Shown piece after piece: positions 35,855-45,283 of a stretch of 60,950 nucleotides of DNA. Each line of letters starts with the position of its first letter. The stretch's first letter is position 1. This stretch comes from a virus (Duplodnaviria > Caudoviricetes). The notes under the pieces are model-generated. The model had not been told where the DNA came from and did no database searches. It saw only the letters and a program-made list of their open reading frames with translations. The DNA lies in IMG/VR virus record IMGVR_UViG_3300032102_000021, positions 1 to 60,950 of that record; one strand, given 5' to 3'. Position numbers and translations under genes: made by a program.

Positions 35855-36199
35855 ATGGATGACACGCATGCGCCTTGGATCGAGCTTGATCGGGACGATT
35901 TTCTTGATGCGATCAGGCGGCTAAAGCCTAGCCGAATGCTCAAGTCATACCAGGCCAAAGAGCTGCAAATCGGTTTCGATGGCGCAGAGGTGACCTTCTG
36001 CATTGAAGGGGCTACCACCCGTCGACCTGCCCAGGGTGCCTGGAATGGCTTCGCATGTATCTCATATGGAATGCTGCTGCCCTACCTCAAGGTCAAGCCT
36101 GAAACAGAGCGTATGCGCCTCGTGTTCCACAACGGGCGCCTGAAGATCGGAACGGCTCGCCTCCAAGCGCGTTGGATCAGTGCGATCTACAGCGGGTGA
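35855..36199 (+). CDS. Hypothetical protein
   Basis: 114-aa ORF co-oriented in the gene run. Confidence 0.6.
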   Translation: MDDTHAPWIELDRDDFLDAIRRLKPSRMLKSYQAKELQIGFDGAEVTFCIEGATTRRPAQGAWNGFACISYGMLLPYLKVKPETERMRLVFHNGRLKIGTARLQARWISAIYSG

Positions 36200-36286
36200 T
36201 TGGCAAAACGTTTCTTGCGACAGATGACAGCCAAATTAATTATCGTTTTGAAAAGATATGTTAGGATCTGTGGAACATTTTGAGTT

Positions 36287-36404
36287 GGGCCGACGCCCAC
36301 GCCAACCTGCCTTCCCGGGCAAGGTGGATCGCGAAAGCGAATGTGGCTCCCTGTGGAGCAACCAAGCGGGAAGCGTCGGCCCTCCAGATCGGAGGGCTTT
36401 TTTG
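36287..36404 (+). ncRNA. Candidate cis-regulatory RNA (four-way junction with competing terminator/SD-sequestering hairpin)
   Basis: Perfect 10-bp P1 (36287-36296/36373-36382), three inner hairpins including a GAAA tetraloop, overlapping GCCCTCC/GGAGGGC hairpin plus U-tract. Confidence 0.65.
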
Positions 36405-36830
36405 TTTTCAGATTCCACCATTGATCCCGCCACCATCCAGGCATACCTGGAGACGCACTACCGCGTGCATGGCGAGGCCCCCTTCGTTCTACAAATCGAT
36501 CAGGTCAGTCCGGACCTGCTGAAGCTGTACGAGCGCTACAACCTGGACTGCGCCGCCTTCCTCACCGGCTGGAACCCCTTCAGCCGAGAGGTCAGTGAAG
36601 CTGAAAACCGAGATCGTCAGAAAGCGCTGGCGGCAGAACTGACCCGGCGTAGCTTGGCTTTTCTCGAAGGAATCGGCCAGCACCCGTCGAACAACTGGCC
36701 AGGCGAAGAGAGCCTCCTCGTCCTGGGCTTGTCTCTGGAAGCAGCCAAAACGCTGGGGGAGCGCTTCGAACAAAACGCGATCGTTTGGTGCGGCGCCGAT
36801 GGTGTGCCCCAACTCATCGTCTTGAGATAA
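36402..36830 (+). CDS. DUF3293-domain protein
   Basis: AY..T.Y, AFLTGWNPFS...EN, W.EES, A..LG.RFEQNAI; TTG start after GGAGGG. Confidence 0.88.
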   Translation: MFSDSTIDPATIQAYLETHYRVHGEAPFVLQIDQVSPDLLKLYERYNLDCAAFLTGWNPFSREVSEAENRDRQKALAAELTRRSLAFLEGIGQHPSNNWPGEESLLVLGLSLEAAKTLGERFEQNAIVWCGADGVPQLIVLR

Positions 36831-36931
36831 CGCATGGTTTGGTCTGACCGCATCACGCATCCAGACCGGGGGGATTTGATCCAGCTTGCCGCCCCCGACG
36901 CTCTGTCAAAGCGGCTAAAGAGGAGTTAGTA

Positions 36932-37216
36932 ATGTCCAGCGTCCAAGAAGCACTTCGCCCCACGCAAGCGGAAATCGAATGCATCCTGTCTGCGTCCGAC
37001 TCGTACATCGAGACGCTCAACATCAAGACGATTGAAGCGCAGCCCTGGCTGGTCGAACTGGTCATCAAGACGCAATTGCTGAGCGCCAAGAACCCAGCGG
37101 AAAAGCGGGTCAAGTCGCGCACCTGCATTGAGCGCACGCGCCTGGTCGAGATTCAGGGCGCCATCGGGAAATTCCTGCAACGCTCAAGCTCATCATATGA
37201 GCCTCTTTCTTCTTAA
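36932..37216 (+). CDS. Hypothetical protein
   Basis: GAGGAG SD; 94 aa. Confidence 0.6.
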   Translation: MSSVQEALRPTQAEIECILSASDSYIETLNIKTIEAQPWLVELVIKTQLLSAKNPAEKRVKSRTCIERTRLVEIQGAIGKFLQRSSSSYEPLSS

Positions 37217-37228
37217 TCTGGGGACATC

Positions 37229-37693
37229 ATGATGACTGGCCCACTAGATCTGAACCCCAACGTATACGGCGCAGGATCACGGATCCTGAGCAAAGAGGAT
37301 GCGCTGCGGGCCTACGCCTGGATGATGAACACCCTTGATGCTTCGCGTCTGGAGTCGCTGTTGGCAGAGGATTTTCACTACGCATCCCAATGGGTTTTTT
37401 CCGAGATCACGTCCAAGGCCGAATACCTTGCATACATCACGCCTAAGCTCGAGGCCATTCGGCGCTCGGGGGCCACTGTGTGGGCTGAGATGGGGGCTCT
37501 TGATCGAGAACTGCCAGGGCCTTGTGTCGTCATGGCTCAGGGCGATCGGGAAAAGCTGGCCGCAGTGGTTTTGGCGACCGTTGAGGGCGACAAGATCAAG
37601 CGACTCGATCTATGTGGTGCGCCTTCCCCACACTCAGCCAGGCGCTCCGGTATCTACCCGGGGAGAAATGACAGGGAGGCAGCCTCATGCTGA
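37229..37693 (+). CDS. SnoaL/NTF2-like fold protein
   Basis: LESLLAEDFHY, EGDKIKRL patterns. Confidence 0.6.
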   Translation: MMTGPLDLNPNVYGAGSRILSKEDALRAYAWMMNTLDASRLESLLAEDFHYASQWVFSEITSKAEYLAYITPKLEAIRRSGATVWAEMGALDRELPGPCVVMAQGDREKLAAVVLATVEGDKIKRLDLCGAPSPHSARRSGIYPGRNDREAASC

Positions 37694-38262
37694 CTGATCG
37701 AATCTCTGAAGCACTCGCTCTTGCAGTCCAAGCCCACGAAAAGCAAGTGCGCAAGGGAACATTGATTCCCTACGTGGCGCACCCAATGGCTGTGGCCTCG
37801 ATCGCCCTAGAGTTCGGAGCCGACGAAGATCAGGCGATTGCTGCACTCCTCCACGATGTACTCGAAGATGGGGGGGCACAGTACGGGCCTGTCATTAAGG
37901 AGCGTTTTGGCGAGCGAGTTCTGGCCATCGTAGACGGATGCACCGACGGAGTGCCAGACGCTTCCGGCCAGAAAGCTGACTGGGGCGAAAGAAAACGAGC
38001 CTACCTGGCCCACCTTGCTCAGGCTTCGGATGACGTCCTGCTTGTCTCGGGCTCCGACAAGCTACACAACGCTCGCGCGATCGTCAGCGACCTTCTGAAG
38101 ATTGGGCCTGACGTATTCAATCGCTTCACAGCCGGGCGTGATGGGACTCTCTGGTACTACCGGTCCTTAGCTGAAATCTTTGAACAACGCCGCGCTCCAA
38201 TGGCTGCCATCCTTGCGGCGGAAGTGATTCAGATAGAACAACTGGCGGGAGCCAATACGTGA
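37687..38262 (+). CDS. HD-domain hydrolase, RelA/SpoT-type (Mesh1/small alarmone hydrolase-like)
   Basis: AH..Q.RKG..PY..HP, ALLHDVLED, DKLHN. Confidence 0.9.
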   Translation: MLTDRISEALALAVQAHEKQVRKGTLIPYVAHPMAVASIALEFGADEDQAIAALLHDVLEDGGAQYGPVIKERFGERVLAIVDGCTDGVPDASGQKADWGERKRAYLAHLAQASDDVLLVSGSDKLHNARAIVSDLLKIGPDVFNRFTAGRDGTLWYYRSLAEIFEQRRAPMAAILAAEVIQIEQLAGANT

Positions 38263-39293
38263 CACTGATTGAACGAATTCGCGATCTGCTTAGATTAGCA
38301 GCGGAAGATCCGATTTCGGGCGGTCGCTTCAAGGAGGTCGTGACAGCTGAAGATGGACGGCAGATCACATACGATTTTCCCTTGGCCACAGGTATGGCAT
38401 GGAATGCAAAGAAAACCTGGTATTCGAGACAGTTTGGAGACCTGCCAAACTGGGTAATGTCGCTTCATCCTATGCATCGGATAAAGCTGTGTGACCTCGC
38501 CTTCGAGATCGGTCAAGAGCTGCCACAGGTGATAGAGAAAGAGGAGATGGCGCTCTACTTTACAAAAGGTCAGAGTGAGCTGGTGAGTTCGAACGCGCGG
38601 AAGGCTCCCGACTCAAAAAATTTTAAAGAGGACCAAAAAATGCCGGAGAAAAATGACGGGGAGCAACTTACCGAGTTTGAGATCGATGACTCGGGGACGC
38701 TGACCATGGCGGACTTTTGGGAGCCGAAGATTCGTTCGGAGTTTTACGAGTCTGTGTATGAGTCGTGGTCAGAATCCCCTGCGCATCTCGTAGATGCAAT
38801 GGAGGATTGTGAGCCACTTGCCTGGGCTGTTCACTCCATTTACACCGAAGTTCGAGACGAAATTCAGGCAGCGTTGGATGAGATCAGCGAGACTTCGGGT
38901 GCGTTTAAAAAGAGGACGACTGCCTTGAATGCAAGGCTCAAGGCAATGCCTGAGGAGCCAGAGGATGGTGTAGAGAATTGGCTGCTAGCGCTAACCGCTA
39001 ACGAGTACGAGGAACGCATTGTTCCTGAGATCGAGAAATGGTTTGCAAGCCCGCCTAACTGGAATTGGGAAGGCGACCACCTGCCCAGGGACGGAACTGC
39101 GCAAGGTGCGGCACTAGAGTTTTTCCAGAACATGGATGGGCATGTGCTTGAGGCCATCGGCGTGACTATTGTCGAAGGAGAGCATCCAGGAAGCACGTAC
39201 TACGCTGCAGAGTTGAAATGTGATGTCGATGTGGCGAATAAAGCTGCGGCAGCAGTAGGTATTCAGGTGCGATTTAAGAAGAGCAAAGGGTGA
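38259..39293 (+). CDS. Acidic hypothetical protein (possible internal start at 38640)
   Basis: GTGA overlap; C-terminal VEGEHPGSTYYAAEL; internal AGAGGA-N-ATG. Confidence 0.7.
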   Translation: MTLIERIRDLLRLAAEDPISGGRFKEVVTAEDGRQITYDFPLATGMAWNAKKTWYSRQFGDLPNWVMSLHPMHRIKLCDLAFEIGQELPQVIEKEEMALYFTKGQSELVSSNARKAPDSKNFKEDQKMPEKNDGEQLTEFEIDDSGTLTMADFWEPKIRSEFYESVYESWSESPAHLVDAMEDCEPLAWAVHSIYTEVRDEIQAALDEISETSGAFKKRTTALNARLKAMPEEPEDGVENWLLALTANEYEERIVPEIEKWFASPPNWNWEGDHLPRDGTAQGAALEFFQNMDGHVLEAIGVTIVEGEHPGSTYYAAELKCDVDVANKAAAAVGIQVRFKKSKG

Positions 39294-39297
39294 CCGC

Positions 39298-40410
39298 ATG
39301 AAGAAGCTCCTCACCTTTGATGAGATCAGGCGGTACTTGATAGACGATGATTACGTCCGCGATGAAATCATTTGGTCGTACAAAGACGACGCACCGACGA
39401 TTTTGAAGTCACTCGCTAGGGGTGAGGATCCTCAATTGACCGATGCTGATGTCGACTCGTTTTTGATGGACATGCTGCACAACGTCGGTCGTCTCTACAA
39501 GAGGTACACGGCGCATGGCTCCTACGGCAGCTATCACATCGATATCCGTGGACTTGGTGGTGTGTACTTCTACTGGGCTCCAGAGTTTGACACTACGGGC
39601 TACTTCCTATCGGTCGACGATGCATCGGATGCGATCGAACGGGATTGGTCGGACAACCTGACTTCGAGCAAAGGACGAACGTATCGCTCCCCATTTTTGA
39701 GAAATGCCAAGGCTACGGAAAAGGTACTGTCAGAGGTCGACGTTACGCCCTCCAATGCTGGGCGCAAGACTCTTGCAGACCATCATCACCTCTTTCACGG
39801 CGAACTCACAGACGCTCCAGGGCGCGATGAATCCTGGGATCACTATCTCCGTTACCGAGGCCAAGGACGTTGGGATCTCATCACCGAAAGCACGGACTTT
39901 TCTGGAATGGAGGACCTCCCGGAGGTCAAGGAGGTGATGAGCACGCGTCAGTTGGTCAAGTGGGCAATCGAACGCGATTCTGAGAGTGAGGAATCAAGTC
40001 AACGTCGCGGACATACCTCAGCCGATGACGATGTCGAGGAATCTGAAAAGGCTCTGGGTCCGTATACCGAGCGCTTGAGGGAAATCGCACTCGAAGTAGG
40101 AGCCACCTATTGCGTCAAATGCTTAGATGGATGGGCGGCGGGTACGTGGCCCACCATTCCGAATTTACGCGTCTTAAGAGTTGTCGGTGTCACTCGGCGC
40201 GGCGTGTGGATCAGGGTTTATCACGACGTCTATAAGGTTGAGACCACTCGCGGGGCAGCCTACATGTACCCCCCAGATCAAGACGGGCATGCCAAGGTGG
40301 TGCTGGAAACTGAAGGCTCCATGTCACCAGGGCGGAAGGTCAAACTCAACAGGGATATCCTCAAGCAGGTGGCCGAAAAAGAGTCTGAGCTTAATAAGTT
40401 GAAAGGGTGA
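39298..40410 (+). CDS. Acidic hypothetical protein
   Basis: 370-aa ORF tightly packed with neighbours. Confidence 0.7.
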   Translation: MKKLLTFDEIRRYLIDDDYVRDEIIWSYKDDAPTILKSLARGEDPQLTDADVDSFLMDMLHNVGRLYKRYTAHGSYGSYHIDIRGLGGVYFYWAPEFDTTGYFLSVDDASDAIERDWSDNLTSSKGRTYRSPFLRNAKATEKVLSEVDVTPSNAGRKTLADHHHLFHGELTDAPGRDESWDHYLRYRGQGRWDLITESTDFSGMEDLPEVKEVMSTRQLVKWAIERDSESEESSQRRGHTSADDDVEESEKALGPYTERLREIALEVGATYCVKCLDGWAAGTWPTIPNLRVLRVVGVTRRGVWIRVYHDVYKVETTRGAAYMYPPDQDGHAKVVLETEGSMSPGRKVKLNRDILKQVAEKESELNKLKG

Positions 40411-40919
40411 TCTTGAATTCCGAAAGAACCAGCGATGATCTTCAGAAAATTCCTGATTCTGAATTCGATCGTCCATTTGACTCTCCTTGGTACAAATTTC
40501 CAGCTGAGTTGGTTCGCGATGAACTGGTTCGTCGGTTGAAACTCAGGGAAGATTTGTCCTTGGATGAAAAAAGGATCAAATACAAAGAAATCATTGATCG
40601 CTGTAGAACGATTGGCAATATAGCTGCGTGGGAACAATTCCAAAACGACGTAGCCAATATTGACGAAGGTTTCAAGGACTCATTCTTACGTGCAATGGAG
40701 TCGAGCAAGGCTCGTACGGAAGAGATGAATGAACACTATCGTCAGTTACACGAACGTCATTCCCTACAGGAAGACCCATTTGAGGGAAAGGCGAAGCCTG
40801 GCGACTGGCGGCCTGATGGATCCGAACTATGCCCTGTTTGTGCTGGAGGTGGTAAGGGCGCTGACGGTCGTATATGTGGGAAGTGCAGCGGTCGCGGTTT
40901 TATCCGGCGGATTATCTGA
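40407..40919 (+). CDS. Hypothetical protein with C-terminal DnaJ-like zinc knuckle
   Basis: CPVCAGGG...CGKCSGRG; GTGA overlap. Confidence 0.7.
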   Translation: MILNSERTSDDLQKIPDSEFDRPFDSPWYKFPAELVRDELVRRLKLREDLSLDEKRIKYKEIIDRCRTIGNIAAWEQFQNDVANIDEGFKDSFLRAMESSKARTEEMNEHYRQLHERHSLQEDPFEGKAKPGDWRPDGSELCPVCAGGGKGADGRICGKCSGRGFIRRII

Positions 40920-41044
40920 ATCAAGGGGGCGTCGTGGACACTGTCTACTATCTTCCTGGATTCGGCGTACGTCCTGCGATTGATCTTCACGAGCAAATCG
41001 TATTCGTCGGCAATGTTCAAATCTTTTATGAATGGATGTAAAAC

Positions 41045-41335
41045 ATGCCCGTAGAAGGTCGACCCAAAGACGATACAAACCAAAATTCAGATTCAAGCTC
41101 CGTGGCGCCAAATTTTGATCAATATGGCAACCCGAGGTGGCCCTACCTAAATCTGATGAGTTGGCGACGCCTCAATTTCAAGTGTCGCAAGTGCGCGTGG
41201 TTTGGCGCTGGCAGCTTAGTCGAGATTGGCGAGGTAGATGATGAAATTACGGAGCTTGTGTGCCCGCATTGCGGCACGTTCATGGCAGCACTTTCACATC
41301 TCGTCGAGATACCTGGTTTGAATAAGGAGTCCTGA
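41045..41335 (+). CDS. Small zinc-ribbon protein
   Basis: CRKC...CPHC. Confidence 0.6.
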   Translation: MPVEGRPKDDTNQNSDSSSVAPNFDQYGNPRWPYLNLMSWRRLNFKCRKCAWFGAGSLVEIGEVDDEITELVCPHCGTFMAALSHLVEIPGLNKES

Positions 41336-41904
41336 TGACAAACATGGAGAGCCTGGTCTATCGGGACGACCCTGTAACCGAGGAGATCTATGAGGCTGCT
41401 GCGGTTGCTGCAGCTCAGTGCGGCTACGACCAGCTTGAGGAGGTGCTTCTCGATTACACGGTCCTTGACGTTCGTTGGGTGTCCAGTGATTCAGTGAAAG
41501 CGCTTTACCCTGAGTTTCTTGTAGCTCCCTGCTTTTTCTCATCTGATGAGATCGTTCGGGTCGACTGGCTGACGTGGGCAGTACCCAAACAATTCGATGG
41601 TCGTTACGAAGAAGCCGTGATTGGACGTTCGGAATCGATCGTCGTGGCCGTGTCGACGCTAATGGAGCGAACGGTGTTTACCTACGGATTGGGACCTGAA
41701 TACAACTGGCTGGAATGGGAAGAAGGCAGTTCAGTGCCAGCGGATCCGCCACCAGATGTTTTCGAGGCGCTAAATGAAGTTATCTCCGGTGACTGGCGTG
41801 ACGGCGTTAGAGAACATGCTGATGAGCATCCAACCTATCTCGATCGGATACACCCAAGCCTTCGTTCGGTTGTGGCTCAGGTCATCGCCGATAGGGATGA
41901 GTAG
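41335..41904 (+). CDS. Acidic hypothetical protein
   Basis: TGATG overlap, AAGGAG SD. Confidence 0.7.
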   Translation: MTNMESLVYRDDPVTEEIYEAAAVAAAQCGYDQLEEVLLDYTVLDVRWVSSDSVKALYPEFLVAPCFFSSDEIVRVDWLTWAVPKQFDGRYEEAVIGRSESIVVAVSTLMERTVFTYGLGPEYNWLEWEEGSSVPADPPPDVFEALNEVISGDWRDGVREHADEHPTYLDRIHPSLRSVVAQVIADRDE

Positions 41905-41906
41905 CG

Positions 41907-42740
41907 ATGGATCAGATGCGCTATCCACCGTGGGTAATCTTGCATATTCCGCATGATTCCAGCGTTATTCCCTCGAAGGTGCGATCTCAGTTTCTTTTGT
42001 CCGACGCGGAACTGAAGCTCGAGTTACAGCGCATGACCGATCACTTCTCTCACGCGCTTTTCGCAGAACCCCATGGCGATGCCACGGTGGTTCGGGCGCC
42101 AGTTAGTCGCCTGGTTGTTGATGTGGAGCGATTTCCCGATGACGCGACTGAGCCGATGGCAGGCCGCGGAATGGGCGCGATCTACGAAGTCACGTCTCAA
42201 CTGGCACCTCTCAGAAGGAAGTTGCCAGCACAGGAACGCGATACGCTGATGCTCGAGTGGTATCACTCTCATCACCATCGACTTGAAACCGCTGTTTCAG
42301 ATGCAGTGGTGAGGTATGGTCGATGTGTGGTGATCGATTGCCACAGCTTCCCGGGCACCGCATTGCCCTATGAGCAAGCGGATCCGGCTGTTGAACGACC
42401 GGACATCTGTATCGGCTCTGATCCGTATCACACCCCTGAATGGCTTGAGCAAGCTTTCGTCGAAGCTTTCTGTCGCGACGGTTGGCGCGTCTCAGTAAAT
42501 GATCCCTTTGCAGGAGCACTGGTGCCTGCAAACCGGTATCAGGTGGATCCAAGAGTGACGGCAGTGATGGTGGAGGTAAACCGTGATCTCTACTTGGACA
42601 GTAAAACTTTTGAGCCCAAGTTGGATTTCGGCCGAGTCGCAGATGCAATTAAAGCCTACTGTTTCGATGCTTTGGCCAACTGCTATGCCGAGTATTCCAA
42701 CCTGAGCGCGCGTCAAGCCACCTTGGCACGGGGAGCGTGA
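41907..42740 (+). CDS. N-formylglutamate amidohydrolase family protein
   Basis: HIPH, TD, SRLVVDVER, DCHSF, PDICIG, N.PFAG, MVEVNRDLY. Confidence 0.92.
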   Translation: MDQMRYPPWVILHIPHDSSVIPSKVRSQFLLSDAELKLELQRMTDHFSHALFAEPHGDATVVRAPVSRLVVDVERFPDDATEPMAGRGMGAIYEVTSQLAPLRRKLPAQERDTLMLEWYHSHHHRLETAVSDAVVRYGRCVVIDCHSFPGTALPYEQADPAVERPDICIGSDPYHTPEWLEQAFVEAFCRDGWRVSVNDPFAGALVPANRYQVDPRVTAVMVEVNRDLYLDSKTFEPKLDFGRVADAIKAYCFDALANCYAEYSNLSARQATLARGA

Positions 42741-43636
42741 TCATGTGCAACGCGTGGAACCACTCGCCTGAGTGTCGCTGCGGTTGGGGAGGTATGGGGC
42801 ATCTCGGGCGGGGTGGAAATTTCACTACTGACAGGTGGGTAGGTGTCACGTTCAAGACCTATCGCGAACTTTTAATCGGCGCCACCCACCCCAACGCACA
42901 TTGCCCAGTGTGTGGCGCCAAAGTCTTTTTCTACGAGTCATCGTACGGTGGTCGAGTGTTCTTTGATGACCTCGGCCCTCCATGGCCAAAGCACCCTTGT
43001 ACCTCGAGCAACCAGAAGTTGTCCTTTGTCAGGCGTATCGCGATTGACTTTCACAGCCGCGTCCACGTTTCGCCCCCTCCATTCCGGGACGGTTGGATGC
43101 CCTTTCTATGTGAAATCGTCGAGTCGATAGCAAGTGACCGCACCATCCAGAGGCTCGAGGGCTGGCTTGAGGGAGAGCGTAAGACCTTTTATGTTCGAGA
43201 TGGTATTTTTTCAGAAGGTGCGCCGTTTTTCCTAAGGAAAGAGGACGGCCAGTGGTTCGTTTCCACCCTAGCGGGCGACGCCGCATCTGTCGAGCCCAAA
43301 ACAGTTCGCGCGTTTGTTTTCGAATCGGAAGTCCATGATCTCGTGCCACCTGTAGTGACCAAGCCGCACCAGATCCAGCGACGACACAATCACAGACCGA
43401 CGCCTAGTTCTCGCTCTCGTCAAGATGCCCAGGACGCGAGTCAAAAGACTAAGCCCAAGGCGCCAAAGAAGAAAGCGCTCAAGCGTCGACAGCACAAGAA
43501 GCCAAACCAGCCGTCCCCGCCTCCACCCCTGGATCAACGGACAAGCATAGAGGTGGCAATGCAGGAGGCGCGCCAACGTCAGCGGGAGCAGACGACTCTA
43601 AAGAAGCCGTCGAGGGACATGTCGGGGGACGAGTGA
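42737..43636 (+). CDS. Cys/His-rich hypothetical protein with basic disordered tail
   Basis: CNAWNH..C.CGWG, CPVC...FFDDLGPPWPKHPC. Confidence 0.75.
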   Translation: MIMCNAWNHSPECRCGWGGMGHLGRGGNFTTDRWVGVTFKTYRELLIGATHPNAHCPVCGAKVFFYESSYGGRVFFDDLGPPWPKHPCTSSNQKLSFVRRIAIDFHSRVHVSPPPFRDGWMPFLCEIVESIASDRTIQRLEGWLEGERKTFYVRDGIFSEGAPFFLRKEDGQWFVSTLAGDAASVEPKTVRAFVFESEVHDLVPPVVTKPHQIQRRHNHRPTPSSRSRQDAQDASQKTKPKAPKKKALKRRQHKKPNQPSPPPPLDQRTSIEVAMQEARQRQREQTTLKKPSRDMSGDE

Positions 43637-43801
43637 TTTTTCACGTTGTCGAATTATTTCTGTTCTGGGGACCGGGACTGGATGTGCGAAGTTCGAGATC
43701 TCTCCTGTGAATTCCCATTTAATTTGGGCTCAATCAGTCGACTCCTTCGAAAACCTTCGATTCAACTCTTCGACACGCATGACTTTGTGCATCAGGTTTC
43801 G

Positions 43802-43881
43802 GCGAAATGAGGGAAATCAGCGAAATCAGAATCCCCACAAGGACTTACGGGCGTTTTGCTGCGGCGAAACGAGCGAAATGA
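43802..43881. repeat. 9-bp iteron-like tandem repeats (GCGAAATGA-like, 3+2 copies), candidate replication origin
   Basis: Copies at 43802, 43811, 43820, 43864 and 43873, immediately 3' of the DUF3987 gene. Confidence 0.65.
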
Positions 43882-43893
43882 GCTCTTGGGCCA

Positions 43894-45279
43894 TTACGCG
43901 AGTCGGTACACCCTTGTTGGCGTGCCAGGCGCATCGGCAGGCCGCTCGAATGACTGCACGCTGATTTTGGGTGGCGTGGCCGACAGTAGATGCTCCAGGC
44001 AGGAGTCGATTCGTGCTTTGGGTACTTTGCCTCTGAGGCATTCTGAGCTGATCTGGCTTCGCGTGGCCTGACCGTGTTCGCCCAGGAAGACCAACACACG
44101 GTTCGCAAGTTCCAGCACCTGTGCCAGCTTTGCATCTTCAACGGCGCTGACGAAGACGTAGCGCACAGACGCCGTGGCATGACGAATCCAAGCCATCGCT
44201 GCATCAATGTGCTGTGCATCGATCCTGGTTTGCAGGTCGGTCAGAGCCATCAGCATCGCCAATCGCAGCAGCATTGGCGCGTTGCGCTCAAGCAAGGCCC
44301 CAATTGCACCATCGTCAACGCCATCGTGCAGTTCACCTCGGTAGAGCTGAGCGTAGCGCCACTGCGCTTGCGGCGACAGTTCCATCTGCCGATGTGCGCG
44401 CTCGTCATGCCGGTCAGCGCGAACAAAGGCCAACACATCCAGCGTCCGAGCTGCCAGATGGTCGACTACCGCCTGTGGCGTCTCCTTCGGAAACGGCAAC
44501 ATTCGTGACCGCTCGGCCCAGATCATGAGAAACCGGTTGGCAAATCCGTTGCTCATTTCACGGGCGCTCATCAAGCCCGTCAGTTCGCTGGGCGAGATCG
44601 CGCCGCTTAGGCAGACGTGTGGATCGCTGGCGTAGACCCGATTGGATTTCGTGGCAGGTTTCAGGTCGATACCGTCCCAGCAGTCACGCAGTGCAGCCGA
44701 CAGTGTGTTTCCGTCGCGCCGACCCTGATGCAGCACGTTGGCGAATTCGGATTCGACCACCCACAGCCGCTTGTCCTCGATGGGGGGGACGTCCTGCCGA
44801 CCTTGTCGGTAGCCGTCGTGGATCAGCGCTGCCAGACCTTCGCGCGTTGACAATCCACCTCGGTGAATCTGAGGCGCGAACGCATCATCGATTGCACGTA
44901 AAGCGGCGTCGATGCGCAGCACCAGCGATACCGCGTCGCCCTTGCGCCCACGGCCGGAACGTCCGATGTGCAGGCAGAACAATCGCGTGTGGTGCCGTGT
45001 GTTTCCGATGGGCAGGTACACGCTACGCCCAACTGCGCAGGACAAATAAGCCATGAAATTCGCTGCGATGGCATGGGCATTCGTCTCTGTGCCGTCACTG
45101 CCCGCTCGGGCTACGTCACCTATCAACCCATACAGGCAGATGGGATCAGGCTGAGGCGCATTGCGATGGGTGTCGGGCGAGTCGTCATCAATCTGCTCAT
45201 CATCGAATGATGGGTGGCCTTTGACTCCGTCAAGTAGACCTTGCGCTGTTGGCGGGGGCAAAAAATCGCTGCTGTGCAT
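43894..45279 (-). CDS. DUF3987/YfjI-family P-loop replication protein
   Basis: G.SG.GRKG Walker A-like, LSTREGL, ESEFA, WDG, GFANRFL, C-terminal winged helix. Confidence 0.85.
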   Translation of the reverse strand: MHSSDFLPPPTAQGLLDGVKGHPSFDDEQIDDDSPDTHRNAPQPDPICLYGLIGDVARAGSDGTETNAHAIAANFMAYLSCAVGRSVYLPIGNTRHHTRLFCLHIGRSGRGRKGDAVSLVLRIDAALRAIDDAFAPQIHRGGLSTREGLAALIHDGYRQGRQDVPPIEDKRLWVVESEFANVLHQGRRDGNTLSAALRDCWDGIDLKPATKSNRVYASDPHVCLSGAISPSELTGLMSAREMSNGFANRFLMIWAERSRMLPFPKETPQAVVDHLAARTLDVLAFVRADRHDERAHRQMELSPQAQWRYAQLYRGELHDGVDDGAIGALLERNAPMLLRLAMLMALTDLQTRIDAQHIDAAMAWIRHATASVRYVFVSAVEDAKLAQVLELANRVLVFLGEHGQATRSQISSECLRGKVPKARIDSCLEHLLSATPPKISVQSFERPADAPGTPTRVYRLA

Positions 45280-45283
45280 TCAA

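Noticed and set aside
36297-36346. HDV-like ribozyme (GCC-UUCCCG-GGC loop and GCGAAUG resemble P3/L3 and J4/2)
   Set aside because: The nested P1/P2 double pseudoknot could not be built; the helices are simply nested. A cleavage assay would settle it
36258-36401. N-terminal extension of the DUF3293 ORF given in the ORF track
   Set aside because: The region is the structured RNA; family-like sequence begins at the TTG at 36402, after a GGAGG SD
36841-36897. Two 6-bp hairpins between DUF3293 and the next gene
   Set aside because: Short stems with large loops are expected by chance in GC-rich DNA
41907-42740. Histidine utilisation pathway
   Set aside because: Only the amidohydrolase is present; no hutH, hutU, hutI or hutF
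43802-43881. CRISPR array
   Set aside because: Repeats are 9 bp, tandem and lack spacers; no cas genes
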